A DNA stretch of 63,876 nucleotides, the filler included, from Hausera hauseri (taxonomy: Eukaryota): assembly GCA_046269625.1 (NCBI GenBank). It is 9 parts of 9 records of this genome, joined end to end, with 100 filler letters (N's around TTAATTAATTAA, not from the genome) between each part and the next. Parts side by side here need not be neighbours in the genome. Positions count along the whole stretch, not along the records: positions 47,835 to 52,196 come from JBJURY010617109.1; positions 52,297 to 57,436 come from JBJURY010323828.1; positions 57,537 to 63,876 come from JBJURY010110985.1; 6 more parts are not named here. One strand, written 5' to 3'. Below are positions 48,184 to 58,260 of the stretch, piece after piece (the stretch's first letter is position 1; each line of letters starts with the position of its first letter). The position numbers were made by a program, and so were the translations under genes. The notes below the pieces were generated by a model that had not been told where the DNA came from, searched no databases, and saw only the letters and a program-made list of their open reading frames with translations.

Positions 48184-50385
48184 ATGTACGATCCAGAACT
48201 AGGGAAATTAAATTCTTTTCTGAAAACAAACCGTATAAGCCCGCAATCCTATGTTGCTTTAACCAATAATGAGAAGCGTATTGTTAAAATTGACGATATT
48301 AATCAGAATTTGCAAAGATTAATATATCAAATAGTCGTTGGCATTATTATAAAGTCTGTTAAACTTATCACTAACCTTAAGTGGGACTATTTGGAGTATA
48401 AAGAAGCAGTGTATGCCAATAAGGATGATATGTTTAGACGCGTGGACAAAGCCAAAGAAACAGAACTAATTGATGAAATTCTAATCGCCATTCAAAAGAT
48501 TGGGTTGATGATTCAAAATGGTATGAAAGTGATCGCTAAGAATATAAGGAAAAGAAACCAAAAGGTGCTAGATGACAGTTCAAGAAAAGTAGGAACTGAA
48601 GGACGACAAGGTCTAGATAACGTCATGAATCATGATGGTCGATGCGGAGAGAAGATAAAAAAGGAAGAAACGGAAAGAGGAAAGATAAATTTGGAAAGTG
48701 AAAAAGTGGAGTTCGAGGAGTCACAATTGAAACAAATTATTATAAAAATAAATCAAAGTCTACCGGTGGTCATTGACATTAGCGGGATGGAAACTATTGC
48801 TGTATTAAAGAAAAAAATATCCGAAAAATGTCACATAAGGGTGGAAGATGTTGTGGTCATATACAATAATAGAAAGTGGAACGACGATGAAATAATACAA
48901 AAGATCCCACATGGAACAACAATAAATTTCAATAGTGGGTTGAAAGGAGGGAGCACTACCGAAAACGAAGACTTCGAAAATCGACTATTAGCAAAAGACG
49001 AACTAAGATATGAATTAACAATACAGAGAAAATCATTAATGAATGGAAGATTAACGGAAGAGGAATTTCAATACCAAAACACCAAGTATGACGAAATCTT
49101 CAAGAAGTTATCCATGAAGATTAGCGCCTTAAAGCTACTCGCCAGGAAAGTAAAGAAGAAAGAAGAATTAGCGGAACTTATCGATGAGTCAAAAGGCGTC
49201 GAGGCACAAAATGAAGATGTAATAAAAATGATTCAGACGAAAGGTCTTATAATGTTAGAAGACAAATCCGACATGAAGGCTCGAAATGAATATCTGGCAC
49301 CGAAATTAAAGCGGGTTGAGCTTCCAAAATTTGGCGGGTATGTGGCAGAGTTCAAGAAATGGCGACAAATATACAAAACGTGCGTAGACAAAACATCACT
49401 TTCCAGTATAGATAAACAGATCCAATTAGAAAATTGTTTATATGGAGAAGCAAAACGTTTAGTACAAAGTTACGATCTCTCAGAAGAGTCCTATAAAGCA
49501 GCACTAGAAAAACTGGAACGATATTATGGAGGAAATCAGAGGAACTACGCTTCCCTTATGTCAGAAATTATGGAGTTTCAGAAAATAAGTATACACAATA
49601 TTAAGGAACTGGATTCGTTTGCCACGTTGTTGGATTCAGTCATCGTTAGGTTGAAACATTTAGATCGTGAAGTGGAATTAGAAGGTGGGTTACTATATCA
49701 AAATCTGATCCAGAAATTACCTGAGATTATGGTACTATCATGGGAGAGATATCGTGAAGACAAAAATAAGAAACGAAATGTACACGATTTGAAAGTATGG
49801 GTGGAAAAAGAAGCTGAATTAAAACGTATTGCTGCGGAAGGAGTCCACGGAATCAAGGTTTTGATGCCGAACAAATATAGATACTTTGAGCGATCAACGA
49901 GGAATTCGTTTTTCACTAATAAAAAAGAAGATATAAATAAGTTAACAAACAAGACTGAATTTGATGTTAAAGAAAAAGGCAATGGAAGAAATGATAGTTG
50001 TCTGAAAAATAAAGAAAATTACCAAAAGCCATGCAAATACTTTCTATCAGGTAATTGTCAATTCGGTAAGTGGTGTAAATTTCAACATGAAAAAGAAGAT
50101 CTAAAAGGAGGATCTAATAGTTATAAAAAGTTATCTCAAATGCCTTGTATATATTTTCAAAACGGAAATTGTAGATATGGAAAAAGTTGTCGATTCAAAC
50201 ACGGAGACATCGATTACTCAAGGAATCTCAAGAAAAAATTGGATAAAGACGAGGTGTCTAAAACCCCTACCGGAGCTGAGAAAACAAAACCACGATCGAA
50301 CGATAATTCCAGTCAGACACATGATAAAGATCATTCAGAAAAGCGATCTTATATGACAAAGATGGAAAAAAGTCCAAAACATTAG
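48184..50385 (+). CDS. gag: BEL/Pao Gag with a ubiquitin-like domain (48730-48951), DUF1759-type capsid region and two CCCH zinc fingers (50032-50088, 50146-50202)
   Basis: KQIIIK...ETIAVLKKKISEK...VIYNNRKWND...SGLKGG; LKRVELPKFGG...KQIQLENCLYGEAKRLV...YKAALEKLERYYG; C-x7-C-x5-C-x3-H twice. Confidence 0.88.
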   Translation: MYDPELGKLNSFLKTNRISPQSYVALTNNEKRIVKIDDINQNLQRLIYQIVVGIIIKSVKLITNLKWDYLEYKEAVYANKDDMFRRVDKAKETELIDEILIAIQKIGLMIQNGMKVIAKNIRKRNQKVLDDSSRKVGTEGRQGLDNVMNHDGRCGEKIKKEETERGKINLESEKVEFEESQLKQIIIKINQSLPVVIDISGMETIAVLKKKISEKCHIRVEDVVVIYNNRKWNDDEIIQKIPHGTTINFNSGLKGGSTTENEDFENRLLAKDELRYELTIQRKSLMNGRLTEEEFQYQNTKYDEIFKKLSMKISALKLLARKVKKKEELAELIDESKGVEAQNEDVIKMIQTKGLIMLEDKSDMKARNEYLAPKLKRVELPKFGGYVAEFKKWRQIYKTCVDKTSLSSIDKQIQLENCLYGEAKRLVQSYDLSEESYKAALEKLERYYGGNQRNYASLMSEIMEFQKISIHNIKELDSFATLLDSVIVRLKHLDREVELEGGLLYQNLIQKLPEIMVLSWERYREDKNKKRNVHDLKVWVEKEAELKRIAAEGVHGIKVLMPNKYRYFERSTRNSFFTNKKEDINKLTNKTEFDVKEKGNGRNDSCLKNKENYQKPCKYFLSGNCQFGKWCKFQHEKEDLKGGSNSYKKLSQMPCIYFQNGNCRYGKSCRFKHGDIDYSRNLKKKLDKDEVSKTPTGAEKTKPRSNDNSSQTHDKDHSEKRSYMTKMEKSPKH

Positions 50386-52196
50386 ACAGAATAGCATTAA
50401 GGACTGTGTCAGTTTACTTAATTAATGGGAGTAAAAAAATCAAAGTGAATATGTTATTGGATGATGCCAGTACTAACAGCTTTCTTGAAGAGGGTATCGT
50501 ACAACAATTAAGACTTAGTGGAGAAGAAGAAGACGTTACTGTGTCGGTAGTTAGAGACATACAACAAAAACAGAAGATGACTAGAGACCATATAATCTTA
50601 CAAAGTTTAGACAACAGTGTTTGTGAACAATTTAATGTATTGTCTATGAGGGAACCAACCGGAAAAATGAATGTTGTCAACTGGACGATAGAAAAGAGGC
50701 GATGGCCACATTTACGGAATATTAAATTTATAGAAACAGAGAAGGAAGAACATGTAGATGGAATCATACATGCTAACTACATACATCTTTAAAAATCCAT
50801 GATGGAAATTTCGGGAAAACCAGGAGAACCAATAGCTCGATTGACCCATCTTGGTTTGACGTGCGTTGGGACCTTAAATAATAAGAAAAATGAGATAATA
50901 TGTAATAACTTAGTACGGACGTTTTGAACAAGAGTCGATGAAATGAATGATGACATGAAGAAATGGTGGGAAATCGAAAATTCAATCGAAGAAAGAGAAA
51001 TGTGGTCGAAATTAGATAAAGAGATTTTTCAAAGTACTAAAGAGAAAATGAAGAAGACTGAAGATGGAAGATATGAAGTCAATCTACCTTGGAAGAATAG
51101 GACAGAAGAAATACTAGGATCTAAACAAATAGCAGAGAAACGTCTTGTATATTTGGAAAGAAAACTAAACTTGAATGATCCAGCAAAAATGGCTTATGAA
51201 CAAGTAATTAACGACCACATCAAAAAAGGGTACGTAGAACCAGTAAGAGAGAAAGAAAACGAGACAAATTACTGGATGCTACCACACTTTCCCATCCTAA
51301 AACCGGACAGATCCACTACTAAAGTGAGAGTAGTTTTTGATGCTGCTGCAAAGGTAAAAGGAAAGAGTCTGAATGACTTATTACATCCAGGACCGAAACT
51401 ACAACTAGACCTAATAGAGATCTTAATACGTATGCGACGTTATAGAATTGTATTGATCTGCGATATAGCAGAAATGTTTTTACAAATTGGAATATCTCCA
51501 GAGGATAGAAAATTTACGCGATTCTTGTGGAGAACAAACGGGAAAATCAATACATATCAATTCACGAGGCTAGTGTTCGGACTAAATGCCTCACCTTTCC
51601 TGGCACAACTTGTAAGTCAGGTAAATGCGGACACATTCGAATGCCTATATCCACGAGCAGTCGAAACGATAAAACAGTCTACATATATGGATGACTGCAT
51701 AGATTCTGTGGAATCAGAAGAAGAAGCTATTGAGTTGTACCAACAACTAAAAGAAATTTGGGCTGCAGCGGGAATGAAAACGCATAAATGGCTGTCAAAC
51801 TCAAAACAATTGAGTCGGAGGATCCCAGAAGATGAGAGAGCAAAAGAGTACACCTTCAAGAGTGAAGTCAACTGTATTTCGAAAACTTTAGGGTTAAAAT
51901 GGAACGTCAAAGAAGATCGATTGACCTTCGATGGAGGGGGAAACTATGAAAATAGACTGACGAAAAGAAGTATTTTAAGTGCCTTAGCAAAAATTTTTGA
52001 CCCTTTGGGATTATTGAGTACCATCACTGTAACAGGCAAATGTTTGTTACAAGAAATGTGGTTAAAGGGATTGATTGGGATCAAGATATTCCCGAAGAGT
52101 TACAACATCGTACCAAGATATGGTTAGACCAGTTAACTGAGATTAACGAAATAAAAATAGAAAGATGGTTAGGAATGAGCAAAGCTAATGACAAAG
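50380..52196 (+). pseudogene. pol: BEL/Pao pol (protease, RT, start of the RNase H region), frameshifted and cut by contig end
   Basis: LLDDASTNSF, GRYEVNLPWK, LPHFPILKPDRSTTKVRVVFDAA, CDIAEMFLQI, FGLNASPF, YMDD, TKRSILSALAKIFDPLG. Confidence 0.93.
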
Positions 52197-52296
52197 NNNN
52201 NNNNNNNNNNNNNNNNNNNNNNNNNNNNNNNNNNNNNNNNTTAATTAATTAANNNNNNNNNNNNNNNNNNNNNNNNNNNNNNNNNNNNNNNNNNNN
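52197..52296. other. Artificial contig linker
   Basis: N44-TTAATTAATTAA-N44. Confidence 0.99.
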
Positions 52297-52460
52297 TCCA
52301 TGATAGGGATGTCATCTGGATGCTCAACCCACTTGAAATTGTCATATGGCAATGGGGCGCTCATTGCCCATCCGTATATGTTGTTAGCATCCAGGTAGGT
52401 TATATATGATGACTCCTTTGTTGAGTCATATTCGACCATATATTTGTTACTGTTGGAACA
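52297..52460 (-). pseudogene. Polinton-type pPolB fragment (motif A)
   Basis: NKYMVEYDSTKESSYITYLDANNIYGWAMSAPLPYDNFKW. Confidence 0.85.
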
Positions 52461-52479
52461 AAAAGAAAAGTTCCATTAC

Positions 52480-55067
52480 ATGGCAGTGACCAATTTAGAC
52501 CGACTATTGAACATTGATCACCATCAGTTTGTTCAAAAGCGTATACAATGTAAATAGTGTCCTGTATGTCTGAATGGTTTCAGGTGAAAAACAACATGGG
52601 AGAACATGTGGCGCTGTGCAAGCAGAATTCAACGGGAACAATCATGTACGTTATTCTACTCAAAAATGAGCTCCGATTCAGTGACTGGTCGAAAACGGAC
52701 AGTCGAGCATATGTGGTATATGCCGATATTGAGGCAATTCTACCACAGCACAATGAGTATGATCAAAAACACGTTCCAATTGCCGTTGGTATGTGGTTGT
52801 CCCAATAAAAGCGGTCGGTCAGCCGCAATATTAAGCCTTTCACGGCTGGAACTGTATACGTGATTTCCTGCCGCGTTTAGAAACGATAGTAGAAACGGAA
52901 ATAGATCCGTGGTATTGCAATAATTCTACGAAACCATTGATTTGGACAGATGAATATGAACCACTGATGTTCGCTGCGACTGAGGAATGTTACCTGTGCC
53001 ACAAATTATTACCGTTTGACGCACTGGAACGGCTCGTACCGGATCACAATCATTTCACTGGTCAATACTTGGGAGCAGCATGAAACGCATGCAATTTGGC
53101 AAAACGGATGCGGCCATTCCAGCCTGTGATATTTCATAACTTCAGGGGTTGTGACTGTCACCCTATTCTGAAATAGGCCATAAATGGATTTCCGCACTGG
53201 CAGCTATCCATAATCTCAACAACGATGGAGAAGTACCTGTCCTTATCGGCACGCATAAACCGGTTTCAGGTACGATTTCTTGTCTCATTGCAGTTCTTCA
53301 ATGAGTCTCTATCAAAGCTCGTAAATGCCTTGCCGGATGTGACGCTAACACTGACGCAGTTCTCCGCAAATATTGCACGCAGCAAATGCATATTTCCCTA
53401 TGACTTTGCTGTGTCGTACGAGCAGCTTCAGACAACAGATTAATTGCAGCCACAGTGGGTCGGAAGCACAGAGGACGAGTATCACAGCACACAGGAAGCG
53501 TGGACAGAGCTCGGTTGCAGAAACATGTTGGAGTATATTCTTCAGTACCTGAAACTGGATGTTTGCTTGTTAGCCAATGTGTTTCAGACATTTTGGACTC
53601 AGGCGTTGGAGGAAGATATGTTGGAACCGCTCAACTTTTACTCAATACTGGGAATGAGTTTGGCATTGCACTAATGTCGCTGGACAGAAAAATTGAGCTG
53701 TTGCAAGACAAGGAAATGTACCGACTATTTGATGTTGGTATTCGTGCTGGCATGATATTTGTCAACAAACATCACGTAACCAGTGATGACAAACGTCAAT
53801 GTTGTACATCGATATTAATAACCTGTACGGATGGGCGCTTTGACAACCCTGCCGTACGGTTCATTGGAATGGATAGTTGAAAAACAGGACCTGGGACACA
53901 ATACTGGAAAATCTGCAGAGGGCGCCAGACTCGACAACAGCAGAAAACAGATCAGTCGAATACCTGATGGAGGTCGATCTCATGGTACCAGATGAGCTGC
54001 ATGACTTTATAGATGAACTGTCGGTCGCAGCAATTAGCCAATGTTCGCCCGGCGGTTCAACAAAAGTAAAGAAGCTTCTCATGACACATGAACCCAAATC
54101 AAATTACGTGGTTCATTGGCGTCTACTGCAGTTTTACATGCAGCTCGGTGTACGCGTCACACAGCTTCTTCGTGCAATCCGCTTCAATCATTTGACGATA
54201 TTCAAGGCGTACATGGATGGAAATTCAGAAAAATGAGCCGCAGCTTGTACAAAGTTCGGGAAGAACTATTACAAGCTCAAAAACAATTCACTGTACGGGA
54301 AACAGTGGAAAATCTGAAGAAGCGGCTCAATGTGCGCTTGTGCAAGAACGAAAAACAACTGGTTACGTATACCAGCAAGGCTCAGGTCATGCGGTCATTG
54401 CACATTGCCGATCAATTGGTCGCCGCGCTTCTAAACAAAGAAGTCGTACTGGACCGGCCAAGTTACATCGGACAAGTGGTATTTGACCTGAGCAAGTTGC
54501 GAATGTACGAGCTCCAGTATCGCAACTTGGCACGTTACCGGCAAATGTTCGGCGGCGGCGGAGGCTGTGAGATTAGTATCGTTGCCGGTGACACAGACAG
54601 CTTCTTCCTTGAGCTGAAAAACATCGATCGAGACAAGCTGCTTTGACAAATGATGTCAGATGGACTACTGGACACGTCCAACTACCCACCGGATCATCCA
54701 CTGTACAGCAGCGCGATAACAAACGAAATCGGCTGCTTTAAGGACAAAAGTGAAGGCCGGGTTCAATACAGGGAATGGATATTTTTGAGCCCAGTGTTAC
54801 AGTCTTGTGACGGACTTTGGGCCGAAAATGCGGGCAAAAGGCATCCATCTGAAACAGACGGAAATAAATCACGGTCATTATCGCCGTGTCTACGATGGAC
54901 AAGAAGAAGATGTACAAGGAAAGGCTGTTGTGTCTCAAAGGACCATACGATCGATTGAGCACAAGCTGTATACTATCACAAACAAAAAGTTTGCTTTGTC
55001 ATGCAACGATGACAAGCGAAAGTGGGTGGGGGAAATAAGAGTTGGGCGTGTGGGCACTGGTGTTTGA
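52480..55067 (+). pseudogene. Decayed protein-primed DNA polymerase B with an endonuclease VII-like insert (Polinton/adintovirus type)
   Basis: VVYADIEA, CYLC...DHNHFTGQYLGAA.NACNL, IFHNFRG, IFPYD, YLKLDV, YIDINNLYGWAL, KLKNNSLYG, GDTDSFF, ALSCNDDKR. Confidence 0.9.
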
Positions 55068-55411
55068 AATAAAACATGTACCGACAGACCAGTTCAAATA
55101 CGCAATTCAGTCCAGCCAGATTATTGACAATTTGTGATTTGTTTTCTTTCTATTGTACATGTTGTATTATATTCCAATAACGTATTTTGTACATTGGTTT
55201 TTGTCTTTTGTTTCACGTAGGTAGTTTTAAGTTAACAAGAGAGTGAAGCTTAAGTTGGGAGGAAATATTACAAACGGGTTACGTGATACACATCATTGTT
55301 CATGACCTGTAATTAACAACATACAGTTACAAATGCAGTATTACTAACATACAAAACCTAAACTCAAATACTTTTATTAATCATAATTAAAAAACACACA
55401 CAATGAGTAAG

Positions 55412-55790
55412 TCAAATGAAACTAAACATCCCCAGTTCCCACATTGGGGATTTAACGCCACACAGTACTTTATAGCCTTTCAGTTTCAGCCTCAAGCAGC
55501 CTTTAGCACTTTCGGTAGGCAAAGTCGTCGCTTTTGCTTTGGTTGTTGTTGTTGTTGTTTCATCACCACTTGAACGGACAATATTTTTATATTGCCCTTG
55601 AGAAAAAGAGATGATGTGTCCCAAATATCACTGGACAACACTAAATTACTGTCGACGTCTTTCAGCCTACGTTCCATCGTATCCAAATCACTGTCACTGA
55701 TTTTCTTTGCCAACAAACCGTATTTCACCTGTTTTAGTTTGACCGGTTGTGCCAATGATAATTCAATGGGCGTTCATAGGTAGTTCAATC
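55412..55790 (-). pseudogene. Small frameshifted ORF, probably viral or Polinton accessory
   Basis: Two overlapping ORFs that join into one protein-like sequence, convergent on pPolB. Confidence 0.35.
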
Positions 55791-55872
55791 TGTAGCCATT
55801 GTACAACCGAGACGGTCTAACTGAATACTGATTGTATCGTGGTTAACTTGCAGCAGCAGCTTCACTAGAATT

Positions 55873-55903
<31 letters not shown>

Positions 55904-56403
55904 TTGTAGAGGCAGAGTAAGAGAGTCGGAGTGAAATGAAATTATACCGTTATATATATCTGTCTGACACGTTGTTTTGTTTATAATACAAGCGTGTCAA
56001 CATTGAGAGTCATTGTAACAGATTGCCCCAATAAACTCCACGAAGCTGTTGAGTTACATATTACAATAGTCAGTGTATTTATTTCTTTATTCATAAATGT
56101 GTACAATTTCCACTATAGCACATTTACATTCTAGACATTGATGGTGGTGGAACACAACGAGATGGCCGCACATTAAAAATACAGTATCCACTTTTCTTTG
56201 TTTACACAGTACACACATAAACTCCCCATTATTTTCTCTTTCAAGCTCTTTAACTCACCGCATACCCGTATTTATAGTTTTGATAAATATTCAATTGACC
56301 AATACGAACCTTGTTTAGAGAAAGAAAGAAATAAGGAAACAGAGAAATACGCATATATTTATTTGCATGAAATATAGTCAATACAAAGCCGTAGACATTT
56401 TTT

Positions 56404-56846
56404 CTAAGCACAATTCGGTCTGTGATCACGATATAGGCATATAATATTGTCAGGTACCATCGCCAGCGAGCTATTTGATGTTAAATACGTCGTCATTCGC
56501 AGCTCGAGAAACTGTGAATGGGGTTGTGTAAACTTTTGTCCGTCAATTTGATCTTTAATGTAAAATATGGTATTTTCAATGTCAAAACGATCACAAATAT
56601 TTCCCATAATACACGTCACACAGAAAATTGAATTGCCTTCATACCACTGAAGTCCATGACGATGTCGAAAGACAAATCCATTTGTAATTTTCGCTTTTTC
56701 CGTTAGGTCTTTTCACACAATACTGGGCTTGAATATGTACAGAAACGGTTCGAAAATGTTGCCGACGTCCATAATGCATAATTCCTTTATCAGATACCAG
56801 GCATTATCATCTTGGAAAGCTTCAATACCTATAAATCCTTTCGCCA
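56404..56846 (-). pseudogene. Polinton-associated exonuclease-like protein, disrupted
   Basis: IGIEAFQ...LIKELC...YIFKP...NGFVFRHRHGLQWYEG, a pattern recalled from Polinton accessory ORFs. Confidence 0.5.
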
Positions 56847-56934
56847 TTACTTATTATTTTTTACAAAATCATTTTTTGTTTATAACACAAGCAAACAACT
56901 AACTATTATTATTATTATCATCACAATAATTAAA

Positions 56935-57408
56935 CATAGGTGGTTTCGTCCATATCACCAAAGCCGAATTCTTTGTTGCGTTCATTTCATGCTGATTCAT
57001 TGACACAAAACAGTCTCCATTGTTCCGGTGATATTACATTGAATTCCGCCTCTTTACAGCGAAGAAAAACGATTTCTGCGATTGCACTGCCTGTGGAAAA
57101 AGCGTACGGTTCGCCGGTTGGTTTTCCAACCACACCTTAATTTCACCACGAAAATCTCAATCAGTTACACCGCCTCCGCCCGCAACCGTCAGTCCGAGCT
57201 TTGCCAGTCCGCTTTTCGATAAAAGTTGGCCGTAATAATCCGGTGGAATCTCCAATCGAATCCCAGTCGTTACGCATTTGATTGTGCTGTCCGGAATTGT
57301 CGTACTGACATTGGAAAACACATCGTAGCCTGCACTGTTTGCTGTAACACGTCTCGGTGCAAAGGCATTTTCGTCTGTTAAGATAATCTTTACGTCATTC
57401 ATTATCAT
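56935..57408 (-). pseudogene. dut: dUTPase, disrupted
   Basis: SAGYDV, VTTGI, YGQLLSKSGLA, GGVTD*DFRGEI, AIAEIVF, RNKEFGFG (motifs 1-5). Confidence 0.88.
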
Positions 57409-57436
57409 TATTCTTATGACTATTTTTTTTAAAGTT

Positions 57437-57536
57437 NNNNNNNNNNNNNNNNNNNNNNNNNNNNNNNNNNNNNNNNNNNNTTAATTAATTAANNNNNNNN
57501 NNNNNNNNNNNNNNNNNNNNNNNNNNNNNNNNNNNN
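57437..57536. other. Artificial contig linker
   Basis: N44-TTAATTAATTAA-N44. Confidence 0.99.
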
Positions 57537-57639
57537 TGTTGCCTAGGTCAGAAATACAAAAAGGCGAAATGGCTATTTCCTTACCCTGGTTAAATAAAGA
57601 TTTCGTTTCATTTCATGTCATAAATGTAATGATTTTTGG

Positions 57640-57865
57640 GAACCTCTGTGGCATAGTGGCTAATTAACTCATGGATAGACAGTCAAATGTTCAATCCTAG
57701 CCGTAGCCGGTTAAAATGTTGTTCCCACCCAGCCTCAGAAATTGAGTACCATGGACATTCTCTGAGAAATTAAAGGCGACATGGCTTTTTGCTGACTAAA
57801 TTATCAAAGACTGTGTCGGTGGTCAAGGAATGTGTAAAAACTAACTGCACATTCCCCAAAAGACA
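57640..57865 (+). mobile_element. Degenerate tRNA-derived SINE with a Nin-like domain
   Basis: A box TGGCATAGTGG, B box GTTCAATCC, CCCACCCAGCCTC...TGAGTACC...TAAAGGCG...GCTGAC. Confidence 0.55.
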
Positions 57866-57889
57866 TCAAACACAAACTTTATCATCCAC

Positions 57890-58260
57890 GGAATCATCAT
57901 CACTATCATCATGAGCCACGCTGTGAAGCGTAGGTCGTCCTTGATTTCCATCTCTAGCGATTCCTCGTTCCCCAATCTTCTCTGTCGTTGTCTGTCTTTC
58001 GAGCCATTCACTCAAACCATCTAGACACTTCATTCTCTGTCGTCCGCTAACTCTACCTCCTGATATTTTTGCCTGTGATGACCAAGTTCTCCAGACCTTT
58101 TCTTTTGAGAACATGGCCAGTCACTGATGGTTTGGCTCTTTCTGAGCTTACTGATAAGCGTTCTTTCTGCTTCATGTAAAACATTTTCATATGTTCTCTT
58201 AGCTGTCCATGGAAATTCCAATATCCTTCGGTTGCCATATACCAAATAGCCTTCTTATCC
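57890..58260 (-). mobile_element. RTE (BovB-like) 3' fragment
   Basis: RRILEFPWTAKRTYENVL, GHVLKRKGLENLVITGK, GRQRMKCLD; (GAT)n-like tail. Confidence 0.8.

Noticed and set aside
50360-50410. Programmed -1 frameshift between BEL gag and pol
   Set aside because: No clean X XXY YYZ heptamer in the gag frame, and the downstream pol has other disabling frameshifts; mutation is more likely
18455-57436. One composite system combining RTs, pPolB, dUTPase and env
   Set aside because: The components lie on different contigs separated by linkers
17883-57536. Recurring TTAATTAATTAA as a biological repeat, CRISPR-like array or piggyBac TTAA site
   Set aside because: Always centred in exactly 44+44 N; it is a synthetic six-frame-stop linker
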